Made by a program: the position numbers and the translations under genes. DNA of 63,593 bases, filler included, from Olpidium bornovanus S191 (taxonomy: Eukaryota; Fungi; Olpidiomycota): assembly GCA_017911155.1 (NCBI GenBank). It is 29 parts of 29 records of this genome, joined end to end, with 100 filler letters (N's around TTAATTAATTAA, not from the genome) between each part and the next. Parts side by side here need not be neighbours in the genome. Positions count along the whole stretch, not along the records: positions 23,249 to 26,499 come from JAEFCI010004436.1; positions 26,600 to 27,872 come from JAEFCI010010062.1; positions 27,973 to 29,155 come from JAEFCI010006316.1; positions 29,256 to 30,625 come from JAEFCI010008862.1; positions 30,726 to 31,826 come from JAEFCI010009679.1; positions 31,927 to 32,956 come from JAEFCI010012869.1; positions 33,057 to 34,802 come from JAEFCI010002898.1; positions 34,903 to 37,876 come from JAEFCI010005132.1; 21 more parts are not named here. One strand, 5' to 3'. The notes beneath the pieces are model-generated. The model did no database searches. It worked only from the letters and a program-made list of their open reading frames with translations, and was not told the DNA's origin. Position 1 is the stretch's first letter. Each line of letters opens with the position of its first letter. Below are positions 23,249-36,091 of this stretch, one piece after another.

Positions 23249-25556
23249 CATGCGAATCTAAATTCGTCGCTGACGAATATGTTTGTTAGGCCAAGCGGAC
23301 CCGCGAAACCTGAATCCAAACCTATCTCGAAATCGACCCCTAAATCCGGGCCACCACCAGCTCAGCAACCTTCGGGTTCAACGAACGCCGAGGAAGACTC
23401 GGCGCGAGGCAGAGGAAGATCACTTTCGCCGAAACGGTCGGCACAGCAGCAACAAGATCAACACCAGCCGGCGCCGGTGCAAGCCGCCACCAGGTCTCCG
23501 TCGCCTGCCAAGGTTTCAACTCAACCGTCTCTTCCCCCCTCAGTATCCCCGATCAAACCTCCGTCACCGGTAAAGCCTGCGGGTGCTTTTGACGGGAGCG
23601 GCACCCGGGCGGTATCTCCGAATCCCCACACGTCTGTGCACCAGCCAGCAAAGGAGATCAGCGCCATTTCGTCCGTGGGTTCCAAAACTGCTGGTCCAGC
23701 GATGAACGCTCCTGGGTCTTTAGTGCCCGGTCCGGGGTCATCGACGCCGTCCGCTGCTCAACGGCGCACGCTGCGCAAGCAGCAGGATGAAGCAGTGATA
23801 ATGCCCGGGGTTGGTCAGGATACCAGACGAAACGAGTCTGCAACTCGCAAAGACGCTCCTGCCGGGGTGGAAGTTACATTCGGAAGCCTCAGCCTGGATA
23901 GCCAGCCAAACGCCGTCACTACTGCCGGTTCTGGCCCTCTGGCCCAACATTCCGAACACAGAAGCCCGCATGTACAGCCTTCTGCGCAGTTGCCCTCGTC
24001 CACGACGACGGCGGCGCAGCTGCCCAAGGCTCAACCGGCCGTTTCGCCGAAAAAGTCACCTCGGTAGGCGCAATTCGCCCCGGTTTAGGCCCATGTCCTA
24101 TTTTTTGCACGTGGCTCGTTAATCTTACTGTATATCCGCGCTTGTCGATGCCGAGAAGGATGGAGCCTACTACCTACCCAAGTGCTCCAACTCAAGCTTC
24201 TAAAGCGCAACCACATCATCTTCCTGCGCCTCAGAGCTACGGCATGCATGGGGGCGCGCACATGGGTATGCCCGACATGTCGGGCGCTCCCTACGGTTCG
24301 TACCTGGGTGGCCAACAGCAGCAGCACCCTATATCACATTCTCCGCACTCTCAACCACAGAGTCAGCAAGGTGGACTGGGCGGATTCGGTGTTGGGCCGA
24401 TGGCTGGCCTCCCAACGGAACTTTACGGGAATCTGTATGGCTCAGATACACAGCGGTTGGCTATGGTGGGTTGGATAGAGCGCCACACCCTGCAGGACGA
24501 ACGCGCCGCAGAAAGTAGATTGAACTAAGGCTCGCCTTTACGTTCATGCAGGGATATTATGACCCTTCGTCGTACGTCCAAGGCCAGGCGACGCCGAGCG
24601 GATTCGGCCAGAACCGTGAAAACGAGAACTCTACCTCCGAGAGCGGACCGACCGGTAGCGCGCAGGGAGTTGGCTCGCTTAACGCGACCGTCCCCGGGCT
24701 TCCACAGCAGACGCAGCAAGGTTACGGTCTTCCGGGTCAGCCGTACTACCCGTACTACTACCTGCCTAGTCAGTTTCCCCATGCCGCTTATCAGCAATCC
24801 GGGTACGGCCAGCCCTATGGAAACAAATCCATGTACCCCATGTATGGCGGCCATCAGCACCTCGGCGCCCATCAACACCCGCAAGGTAGCAAACCGTCTC
24901 CAGGGAGCCCCTACAGCGGCTATCCGTCCAGCGGCGCCGGGAGCAACACCGTCGCCGCCGCCGGCTACGGGCAGCAGAAGTACGACGCGACCGGATACGC
25001 TCAGTCTCAGATGGTAGGCGGTCATCCGGGACAGCATCAGCTGGCTGACTACAAAGGCTACGGTTCGCAGTTTTCGCAGCTTCCGAATTTTCTATCGATG
25101 CAACACCAGTCATCGCAGGTGGCCGGTACCGGAGTGACGTCGGCCGCGCACATTCCCAAGCCGGGTGACGGCAACGCAGTGCCGATGTCGAAGCCTTCTG
25201 GGTCGTACGACAAGTATGGAGATCAAGCCGTCGGCAAGGGAGGCCCGGTGCAACAGAGTGTTGCCGCGACAACAGATCTGCAGCCTCCACAGCAGCAAGG
25301 CCAGCATGTCCAGCAGCCAGGCGTATCTCAGCAACCGCACCAGCAGCCGCAGCCTCAGCAACCCCAGCAGCAGCAACAGCTGCCGAATTACTACCAACCT
25401 AGCCCGTACGGCGAGTATTACGCCCCTCAGACCGGGTACGGTCGGCCCTTCCCGCAACAGCAGCAGCATTACGTCGGTCACCAGAGCCACCAGCCACCCG
25501 CTTCGAACCAAGGAGGGCCTCGCCCCTCAAACCAGTACTGGCCATCGCAGTCGTGA
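23249..25556 (+). CDS. Def1/UBAP2L-like low-complexity protein, C-terminal part; exons ..24063, 24159-24465, 24552-25556
   Basis: RRTLRKQQDEAVIMPG..VEVTFGSLSL matches the fungal Def1-like motif (RRxLDQxEAVxMPG..VQFG). Followed by a Q/P/Y/G-rich tail (PYYPYYY). Splice sites preserve frame. Confidence 0.75.
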
Positions 25557-26599
25557 AGAGGGAATAAATTTGTTTTCGCCCTGTGCTTTCACTGTGAAGT
25601 TCTTTTTTGTTGTCTTTTTTCTTTCCTACGTTTCCAGCCTCTCTCTTCCCCCCCCCTCCCCCCCCCCTCCCTTTCCCTTTAGTTTTGGTTTCGAGCCGCT
25701 GTCGTTTATTTGAATGAATGTTGTCCTGCGATCCATCCGTCTTCCGATTTTAACTACCACGAGTTTTTTCTCTTTTTTTCCCCCCTGCTTCCTCTTAACT
25801 TGATTTACGCCTCCCTTCCTCCTCCCCACTACGGCCATGCGCGCATCGCTCTCTCCCTCTCCTCTTGGTTTCCGCTAGAGCGCTTCGCACCACTTCGAAA
25901 AATACAGCCGCCCCCGTCTGCCCCCCACCCCCCTCCCGCCTCCCCACCCTTCTACATTGCACATTCGCCGCCGCAGAAGGCAGAGAAAGGCTAGCGAAGG
26001 AAGAAACAGGCCTGCCCGTCACACCAAGTGACCACTAATGGCGAGGCGCGCGTTCGGTCTCCCGCCCGGCAGCGCGCGTCGTGCGTGAGGTGATGATTGG
26101 TGCGGGACCGTCTGTAGGAACGGGGCTTCGCGCGCGCACGATGGCACCCGTTCGATCCCCCCACCCCACCTGTTAAATACTGCAGGTCGCCTGCGGATCT
26201 CCGCGGAGAACGGTCGCCAAAGCACCTGCGTTTTGGGAGAACGCGCGCTCCGGCAAGTCACTTCGAGCGAGGGCCGCCGGCAAAATCGCACGTTTGCGGT
26301 GGCTGCCGCCGGGCGTAATAATCCCAACAAAATGATAAAAATAAAAAGGCATTTTCCGGAAGGGCAAAATGATCGGCGACATGCCGACGACCAAGCGCAG
26401 CGCGGGATGGAACCAAGTGTGGGGGGGTGGTCATTCGTGAGAGGTTTTTTTAGGCAACAGAAGTTCTAAAAAAGAGTATCAAAGTTCTAAAAATAATGAN
26501 NNNNNNNNNNNNNNNNNNNNNNNNNNNNNNNNNNNNNNNNNNNTTAATTAATTAANNNNNNNNNNNNNNNNNNNNNNNNNNNNNNNNNNNNNNNNNNNN

Positions 26600-27500
26600 C
26601 ATGGGATATAAACCACTTTCACCAGCAAAGAGAAATTCAACAACTGAATTATTTCGACGAGGGTCTATACTTTCGATGGCATCTCTGCCGTCAACCACCA
26701 CAGTGGTGTGGTGGTACCCGCTCCGACAGATGTCCTTAAAGGACACAAGGTTCTGGGTTGTCGCAGGTGGCAGCAGGCAGCACCAGAACCGCTGGGCCAT
26801 CCTGTGAGCGAAACGCATTCGCACCGGACATCGTCGTCAGTATTTTTGTCTTATAAGCAGACAAGTGTTCAGTTGCAAAAAACTCCCGATTCCGCGAAAT
26901 CATATGTGTTGTCCCACTGTCTACCAATGCGTCAACTGTCTCACCGGAACTTTCGGCCAGAATGACATCGGCCTGTGTCGCCGTGGCTTCGAACTCGTAG
27001 GGGTCCATGGACGCATCCATGGACATCAGATCTGCAGCAGCAGACGTCCAACTGGGAGCCGCAGCTACACCAGTGAGGTTGGACTCCCGGCCACTTGCGG
27101 CTCCGGCCCTAAGTCCTTTGAGCTCCTTATAGACCGTGCGTAAGTATGGGGAAGCCCGGCAGGCCGCAGCCAAATGACCAGTGTGACCGCAGTTGTGGCA
27201 CTCTCATGATTCCACGGAGGCCTGAGCACGTGGTGCATTCGCCGCATGCTTATCCGTCCACTTATCTCTTCCCGGGCAATTCCTCGCAGCCTTCCCGTCT
27301 CCTCTCGCTTGGCTTTCTTGGGGGACACGGCCTCGGCCGTGAGTCCCGGTGTTAACCATGTGGCTCTCAGGGGCAGGTGCACCCGCAGGATGCCGCTCCG
27401 CGGTGGCAAGCAGGAGCTCCCTGTTCCTTTCGGCGAGCTGCAACTGCGTCGCCAACTCGTGGTAGCTGGCGTATCCCCGTTGGCGGTATTGCTCCGCCAA
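26600..27500 (-). mobile_element. Decayed Ty1/copia gag-zinc knuckle-protease fragment
   Basis: LAEQYRQRGYASYHELA..LQLAERNRELLL (gag); CHNCGHTGHLAAAC (CCHC); ALVDSGTTHMI (protease); NLVSFKDI; frameshifted. Confidence 0.88.
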
Positions 27501-27791
27501 TGTAACATGCGAAAAGCGAGAAGCGTTGAAGCGAACGACTTTTTATTGCGTGTTCGGGGTCGTTGTACTTCAGCTTTCGAAGCTGTCGGAAGTACGAAAA
27601 AATTTTCTGTTTTTTAGGTCGAACTACGGAGCTGAAGGGACACTATTTATGCCCGTTGACGTCGAGCGGAGGGCCAGTCGACGGCCAGCTCGTTCTTCGA
27701 CGTCGCGTCTGTTGACGCGGTGCGTCTGGTCCCTTCCCGCGCGGTCGTGGTTACCACGCGGGGCTCCGAGCTTTCGTGCACGTGCGGGCTG

Positions 27792-27866
27792 TATCGTTTG
27801 CCCAGGGGGGAACGATGATTGGCGGGCAGTATCGTTCACCCAGGGGGGGACGATGATTGGCGGGGA
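27792..27866 (+). repeat. 38-bp tandem repeat x2, each unit a potential hairpin (ATCGTT..AACGAT)
   Basis: TATCGTTTGCCCAGGGGGGAACGATGATTGGCGGGCAG followed by a near-identical copy. Confidence 0.85.
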
Positions 27867-29419
27867 GCTTCCNNNNNNNNNNNNNNNNNNNNNNNNNNNN
27901 NNNNNNNNNNNNNNNNTTAATTAATTAANNNNNNNNNNNNNNNNNNNNNNNNNNNNNNNNNNNNNNNNNNNNCATGCCCGTTGTGCCGCACGTTCACGGA
28001 CCTTGCTGCCAGTGTTAGCACCGACGACCTCGCCGAGCTGCTCGGCGTCAAACTTGACCTCGACGATGACGAGGATGAGAGTGGCGAGGGCGAGGGTATG
28101 AGCAAGACTGCTGTACCAGAAAATCCCTCAGGTTTGTTTCGGCGAAGTTGTCTTCGTCCGCTGATCGGCGGAGGGAGGAAGGGGGGAAACGGGGGGGAAG
28201 CTTCGAGGTTTGTCGTCGGAAATAGCTTTTATTTTAACTAAAGTTCGCTTTACATCCGTTTGACGCGGCCGTCCCTGACGTCGGCAACGCGTAGGCATCG
28301 ACCAGGCGGAGCAGGCGTTCGATCCGCCGCCTGTTGCCGCGTAGCACGAGAGGGGCCCGTGAACTTTAAGCATCCGTTTAAATTACCAACGTCCGCCCAA
28401 GTCGCCGTTGCAAACCGAAGATTATATCGATCTTTTTTCCGGCGCACAAGCAGGCACAACCTGGGCGGTTTTTTCTAGCAATAATCTTGTCGTTGGGTCG
28501 AATCTCTTGGCTTCAGCAATCGCCCCGACAACCCAAGTTCGACGGGTCGCGAGAACTCCCGAAGTGAGAATTGTTTCGAGGCGATATCATCACGCGCTGT
28601 AATGCTGTCGAACAAGTCGGGGCCAACCTTTTCGCTCCTCGATGCTTACTTTGGACGTCAATGCTATACGACTGAAATGCCCTGTATAAAATCACCGTGT
28701 ACATATTATATAAGCCCAGGGGGCTAATCGGTCCTCAACCATTTCTCCACAAAAACGTGTTCGAGAACATATCTGGGGGAAAGGGGAATGGGGGAGTTTA
28801 GGCCTGTTGCCCTAGTTCCCGAGGGACCTAACCCCCTCGTTTGGGACGGACGGATCCAATTTAAGTCGAGCGCGGTCGAATCGGAAACGCCCGGACAACA
28901 GCGAAAACCTCATAGCGTCAACCCCCCGTCCCCCTTTTTTTTTTGGCCGGGCGGGACGGGATTTGCGTAGGCGTCCTAGCGTGTTCTGATTTCTTGAGGA
29001 CGGCGGGTTCGCCGTCATCCCTCTGACATCTCGTCAGCACCTGCAGACATACAATGACCACACCAAAAGTCGAACACCGACCACACGCGCAGCCAGTTGT
29101 ACCCCCCCCCTCCTTGTACCTGAGGTAGGTGCAGGGGCGGGAGAAGTGGGCGGGANNNNNNNNNNNNNNNNNNNNNNNNNNNNNNNNNNNNNNNNNNNNT
29201 TAATTAATTAANNNNNNNNNNNNNNNNNNNNNNNNNNNNNNNNNNNNNNNNNNNNCCCCCCCCCCCCCGCCCCCCCCCCCCCTCCTCCCCCCCCCCTTCC
29301 TCCGGCACCTCGCCCCGTCCGCTGAATATGCCGGATCCGGCCGCCACCCTCGTCCCGGGCGCGCCCGCAGTCCGCACCTGCGCAGTGCGCCGCTTGTGCT
29401 AACTGCAAAATTTCGGCGG

Positions 29420-30089
29420 CACCCCGCCCAGCCTGGTCAACGTCCTTTACGACATCGTCGACGTGACTCTGGTGTACACCATCCCGCACGGCGAGGTCAC
29501 GATCACTACACAGGTCATCACGCTGGGGTTCTGCATTCTCTCACTGCTCACCAGCGGGTACGGGCTTTGGGCGAACTTTGTGGTACGAAGAGAGAATGGG
29601 GGAGAGAGTGAGAGAGAAAAAGAAAAGAGAAAGAGGGAGGGAAAGAGGGAGGTAGGAAAAGAGGGAGAGAAATGACAGAGAAAGAGAGAGAAAAGAGAAA
29701 GAGGGAGAAGAGAGAGATTTACACGCGGACAGCGTGACTTTGCACGCGTATTTTTCCGTCCGCGGTTTCTGCCCGCTGAGAGAGAGAAGAGAAAGAGATT
29801 TTACACGCGGACAGCGTGACGTTGCACGCGTATTTTTTCCGTCCGTGGTTTCCGCCCGCTGCTGACGCCTCGGTCCCCCCCCCTCTTGTACAACACTTTT
29901 CCTGGGAACGAACACGCTGGACTTCCAAAGGCGCGAAAATCCCACATGCTCGTCTACATCGCTTGTTTCGTCGGCTGCACGCTGGGCGGGTTCATCGGTT
30001 CGCTGATTTGCGCCATTGAGGACGACCAGACTTCGCTCGCGTTCGACGTTAGCACCCACGTTCTGGGCGTTGGTGGGTGGCGTTCTTGA
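29420..30089 (+). CDS. Unidentified membrane-protein exons
   Basis: Hydrophobic peptides VITLGFCILSLLTSGYGLWANFV (followed by a GTACGA donor) and MLVYIACFVGCTLGGFIGSLICAI. Confidence 0.4.
29704..29862 (+). repeat. About 80-bp imperfect tandem duplication (intronic)
   Basis: GAGAGATTTACACGCGGACAGCGTGAC..TTTCCGTCCG..CCCGCTG occurs twice. Confidence 0.9.
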
Positions 30090-30411
30090 ATCGTTTTGAG
30101 CCGTCGAGGCGGCTTTCGCCTTTAATTGGGCGTGAAGCGCGCAGGAGCTGACGCAGTGACGCCTCCGGCTTACCGACAGTCGTCGCCGTCCTCTGCTTCT
30201 ACTGGCTGACCCGGCACTATCGAGAGATGCGCTTGTTGCAAATGTCGGCGACGACCAGCGAAAAGGAGGCGGCGAATTCCTCCCTCGCTTGAGATTTCGA
30301 TGAAAGATTGCATGGATATCCGTCGTAAGTTCCGAGCATAGAAACCGTAGAGTAAACTAAAGGAGGGGGGTATACCCGTCTCTCCCTTCCCCCCCCCCCC
30401 CCCCCCCCCCC

Positions 30412-30448
<37 letters not shown>

Positions 30449-33056
30449 TGCCCCACCCAAATAATGCATATTTGTCCGCCCCCCCCCATCCCCCTTTTTC
30501 CCCGGCATGCGGCCCCCTGCAAATAGACTAGATGACTACGCGCCCACGTTGCAAACGGCTTTGGATTTCTAACCTTCAGAAACGGAAATGCTTTCGAGCG
30601 ATTTGTCGTGTTCTCTTGCGGCTTCNNNNNNNNNNNNNNNNNNNNNNNNNNNNNNNNNNNNNNNNNNNNTTAATTAATTAANNNNNNNNNNNNNNNNNNN
30701 NNNNNNNNNNNNNNNNNNNNNNNNNCATGGTCCATTCTTAATCCGCCAACGCTTATACCGCAGCCAGTCAGGTGAATTTGCGACTCAATTGGCTCCACGC
30801 TGGACAGCACTTCGGGCCTTACCAGCCAGAGGGAGCTCGGCAAATTTCTTGATATGGCTGGACTTGGCTGCGGCGCGGACACTGATGGCTTCGCGGAGAC
30901 GGGCGAGAGTCTGGTTGAGGTATCCCTTTGGCGAGACCGTCAGCAACAGCGGCTGTCATTGCGACAGGGGCAAATATCATTACTCGGCGTTGCGACACAC
31001 TTGCAAACATAAAAATAACGCAGATCGATGTGTTTGGAACATCTGTGAGTATGGCGCGGACCAGACGCGATCTCGACGGCGCCGTGGCTGTTGATTCGAA
31101 TGAGTGCGGGAGAAATATCACCAGTGATGCTGCCGTGGATGGGCCGATGCCAGGAGGTCTCCTCGCAGGGCTTCGGCGGCCGCGATCAATTCCGCTTCGG
31201 TGCTTGACCGGGCGACGCTACGGTTGTCGACCGCTGCGCCAGGCGATTTCGGCATCCCAAAAGCGCGATATGTGGGCCGGGGGTGATCTCTCTACCAGCC
31301 GCGGAGCACGCTCAGTCTGAATTGCCGTGGGGATTGAGGGCCGGCAGAGGCCACTGACGGACTACCGGGGCAGAACAAGCCGTGAATGCGCGGTACCCGC
31401 GAGGTATCTTACGATTCGCTTTGTAGGCCTGCCCAGTGGGGGCGGGTGCGAGGTTCGCAGTGAACCGTGCGAAGAAAGACACGGCGGTACAGCGGCGTTC
31501 GGCCGGGCGCGTGTGACGAGGTATGAGAACGAACCAATCATTTTGCTGAATCTCGCGCGGTCTGTTCCTCTCCTTCTGGTTGCTGTGCGCAAATGGCGCT
31601 AGGGTCTGGCGGAGTTGCTTCCGGGCGGCCCCGAGTGTGCTGTAAGACCAAAGCTCACTGTAAATGTGCTGTAAATATCGCCAGAATTCGCTGGACGCAG
31701 TGCGGCGTGCGTGAGGTAGATGCCATTCGGGACTCGGTGAATTTGCACGACGACTGGGGGGGGGGGGGGGGGGGAGGGGGGGGGGATGGGATGCAAAAAA
31801 TTCGGCGACCAAAGTTTAGTGGCAAGNNNNNNNNNNNNNNNNNNNNNNNNNNNNNNNNNNNNNNNNNNNNTTAATTAATTAANNNNNNNNNNNNNNNNNN
31901 NNNNNNNNNNNNNNNNNNNNNNNNNNCATGTTTGACACCGCTGCCGCGCGGATCTTACTGTCGCTTAACGCCCAAGTAGTCCATTTTGTGACATTTGATT
32001 GCTGTGTTCGAGGGTGTCTTAATGGCGCCAAGTTCGAAGGGAAAACAACAAGTCGGAAGATCACACCTGTATTTCCGATGCAGGCGTGAGGGCACGGGCA
32101 AAAGATAGGGTAGAAAGACCGACACTTAACGGGCCTACTATCCTTTCCAATTTCATATTCAATTCTGACACAGCGGCACCTAAAAGGTCCGAGTTTGATG
32201 ACGCGCACTCCCCGGTTTTGTTGCACACGTGGCACGTGGCAGGTTAGAACCCGCACGCACGCGCCGATAATCCTCCCAGTGAGACCGAGAACTAAGAATT
32301 CCCCAAACGCGACTCGTGTAATTGTGAATAACAAAAAAACAAGCTCTGATCGGTGTTCCCCTCTGGTCTGCTTAAGAAGAAAAGTTCGCCGCCATCGCAA
32401 AAGAGCGCCCGGCACGGAACGCTCGCAGCAACGCAAAAGCGGCCGTCGCGTCCGGGCATTGGGCAACACTGCCCAGGAGCGTGCACCGCGAGCTGCGGAC
32501 AATTTGTGAGCGACAAGAACTTCGCTCCGGCAGCTGCGGCGAGAATTGGTTCTGCCAGCCGCGCACTCGGCGGCAGCAACAATGCGAGAACCCGGCGTGA
32601 AGTAGCACCCAGGCTGACGCCGAGGCTTTCGCATTGACCCCTAAACCACAACGAAAGTGACACACCGCGCACGGAGCACAAGACGAGAACGTGAAGCTCG
32701 ACCCGGGTACTATCATTGAGGGAGCGGTGCTCACCGAGGTGCATCACTGCGTCGAGGATTGAGTGTGAGGCGATCGCGTTGCCCCGGACGGTTTCGGCCG
32801 CTGCAAAAATGACCAAAAGTTGGTCGCACGAACTGGCATGCGCTTGCACGGGCCTTCCCTGTTCCGCCGGTGCCACCTTCAACGGCCGCCAGCTCGCGAG
32901 CTCCATTTTTGCCCTTCCGGAAACGAAGAAGCCTCTCGGCCGCCTGGGAGCCGCGANNNNNNNNNNNNNNNNNNNNNNNNNNNNNNNNNNNNNNNNNNNN
33001 TTAATTAATTAANNNNNNNNNNNNNNNNNNNNNNNNNNNNNNNNNNNNNNNNNNNN

Positions 33057-34326
33057 CACGGCCTCGTTATCCTCGTGGTCCCAACGGCCAACGCTTTCGA
33101 GCTGGTCGAGGGCGTAGAGCCGGTCCCCCGAGAAGCCGATCAGCTCCACCACTTTGAGGTACCGCGCCGGCAGCATGGACAGGAACAAATTGAACATGCC
33201 CATGCCCAGTGCGACTCCCGATGTGAGATGCCGGTCGACGCCGTTCGTCCGCGGGTCCGGTTCGAGGCCCCCTTCGAGCGCCACATCGAGGAAAACAGCG
33301 AGGTCCCTGTACACGGCGTGCGACGCTTTGACCGCCAGGCCCTCCTTCACGAGCGAGAGTACCGAGTCGCCGTTGAGGACCGACAGTACGGCCTTCAGCA
33401 GGTGCGCTTCCGCGTGCACAAGTTCCGCGTGCCGCTGGATCCGGTTCATGGTCAGCAGAGCCGCAACCCCCGGCCCGCCGCCGCGAAAAAACGATGCCAG
33501 CGAATCCATGATTCCGTTGCCGCTGTTCGCCCGCATGCCGCTTGCGAAGTCGACAGTTTTCTGGAGGGCTTTCTGGGCCGCGTCCATATCGGCCGGGTCG
33601 AAGGCTGGCGTGGACATGAGTGGGAGTGTCGAATAGCCCCGGCGAGATCAGTAACATTATTGTTGCGCCAAACGGGAAACCCAGCCGGCGAGAACGCCGG
33701 CTCGAGCAGCGAGCGGACAGCGGATTTTGCGCGGACATGCCACACGTACTCATCAGGGCCTTCAGGCAAAGCATAAACGCATATCCGAGAGTGTGATACA
33801 GAGTTTTGCAGAACTTCGGCTGCCAGTGGACGGCGGGACGCGGGTGGGGTCAGGCGATCGCCTGCAGGCGCAAACAAACCAAAAATCACACCTGTGGAAG
33901 CGTCGCCCGCTGCAGTTAAAACCTGCCGGCAAAAAAAAAAAGTACGGGCCGACCTTCAGGCACTCCTGCGCGTCGGAAAGGCGCGAGTTGAGGAACAGAC
34001 GAAGCCCCGTCCGAACGTCGTCGATTTCGCCGTCCAGCTGCGCTTCCCGCCTCAGGTCCTCTTCCGTGACAGGCAGAAACAACAGGCTTTTGTCCCTTTG
34101 CCAGCTTCGAGGCTGCTCGCTGCCGCGCCTGTGAAGCGGGGACAGCCTGCGGCTGTGGCTGAGGAGCGAAAGGCGTTTGCCTGGCCCCTTGTGGTCAGAC
34201 GGCGCCGATGTTCCGCATCCGCTGCCGCCGGGGGAGACAGGCGAGATCGGTGACGGCAGCGTATCCATCGCGTCCTCAAATGCAATGCCGTCATCGTCCT
34301 CTTCCTCCTCCTCCTCCTCCTCCTCT

Positions 34327-34358
<32 letters not shown>

Positions 34359-34544
34359 TTCGTCCTCGTCCGGATGATTGTTCTCGGCGTCGGGGCCGAC
34401 GGCATCGCCGCGCGACCGGCTCTCCTGGCCACCGGCGCTTCCGTCACCACCGAAACCGGTCGCCTTTGCGCCTCCCTCTCCGAATGGCGGCTCGGTTTCC
34501 CAGCCGGCGGCGCGGCGCACGACCGCCGTTTTCTGGTCCGGCAT
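33057..34544 (-). CDS. Iml2/TTC39 (DUF3808) TPR-family protein, N-terminal part
   Basis: GLRLFLNSRLSDA; HAELVHAEAHLLKAVL; SGVALGMGMFNLFLSMLP..LKVVELIGFSGDR. Confidence 0.9.
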
Positions 34545-36091
34545 GGTTCGGCCGGGCGGTAACGCGTTGTGCCGCGGTCGCGGCGCCCCTCTCACGCCAC
34601 CGGTCGGCACCCCGTCACACGCACGCACCGCGTGTCAACCCGCCGGCGCAACCCCGCATGTCCCTGCCCCGCCACGCCCTTCTCCCCTCCGTCCATTCCC
34701 CAAATTCCCCGCATTTTCACGCCCTCGTGCCTTTTCCCCGGCCCTTTGCGCACACGCCAAACGATCTTTTTGAACTTGAGAAAGGAAAAAACGAAGCCCA
34801 TGNNNNNNNNNNNNNNNNNNNNNNNNNNNNNNNNNNNNNNNNNNNNTTAATTAATTAANNNNNNNNNNNNNNNNNNNNNNNNNNNNNNNNNNNNNNNNNN
34901 NNGGGGGCAAACCGCCCCCCCCCCCCCCCCCCCGGGTGGGCAGGTTATCCCCGTGTCATTCTCTGTTTTCGAAATTTGTCATCGATTTGGGGGATGCCCC
35001 CGAATTTCATTTTTTTTTTTTCCTCTTTTTTTTTTTGTTTCCCCGCCCGCCATCGCTCCCTGTTCGCGGCGCGCGCGGCGGTCGGCTCGTTTTCGGACCC
35101 GTGTCGTCGTGGTTCTGCGGGGAAGGACGGTTTCCCGTTTTGTTAAAAACCGCGCGGTGGTTGCCTCAAACAACTTTGCCCCCCTCACTTTCTCCTCGAC
35201 GCGCGCGCGCGCGTTGTTCGTATTGCTTCCCCCCTTTTCCCCCTCCCCTCTCCCCTCTCCCCCGCCCCCGCCCCCGCCCCCGCCACCCAAACAATCAAAC
35301 AAACAAACAAACAAACAGACCAAAAAAAAAAAAAAAACAAAAAAAAAACGGGCAAGCCGGTGACGCGGCAAGACACGCGTTTTATATTTTTTCGCTTCTG
35401 CTTTTTTTTTTGTTTTGTTTTTTTTTGCGCGTGTTCCTTCCAACACGTGAAGCGGAGGGGGGCCCCCGCGCTTTCCCGGAAACCCCCCCCCCTCCCTGGC
35501 ACCCCCGTCCTCCTCATTGAGGGTGCGCTTTTTCCCGCTAACCTCGCTTTTTCCCGCTAACCCGCTTTTTCTTCGGACCCCCCCCTTCCCCCGCCGCCCG
35601 CTGCCGGCTTTCCAGGGGAAAAAAAAAAAACGCCCCGGGGCGGGGACGCCCCCTCGGTTTCGCGCGGTTGCTGGGCGAAACACAGCCTGGAAAAGAGAAA
35701 AGGGCGCTCGCGCCGACTCGCTTCCCCCCTCCCCCACGGGGGCAGCTGGCCGAGAGCGGGTCCGCTCTCTCCCCCCACACATCCCCCCACCCCTCCCACC
35801 CACCCCCAACTCGCTTCGCCGACGACGCCGCCCTTCGCCCTTCCGTAACCGCGGCCGCGGGGCAACTCCGCCCCCCGCCGCCCCGGAAAAATCTCGCCCT
35901 TTCCTGACCGCCGAGCAAAAGTTCAGGGGAGGCGCGCGAAAGACCCAAAAAAATTCCCAGGAAAATTCTTTGCGCGAAACGCGAGGTCGTTTGCGCGATC
36001 ACGGCGGTTTACGTGCCGCCGAAAACCGAAGGAAACAAAAAAAAAAAAGTTTTTTACCGCCGTTACGCTGCAATAAACTAGCTGAAATAAA

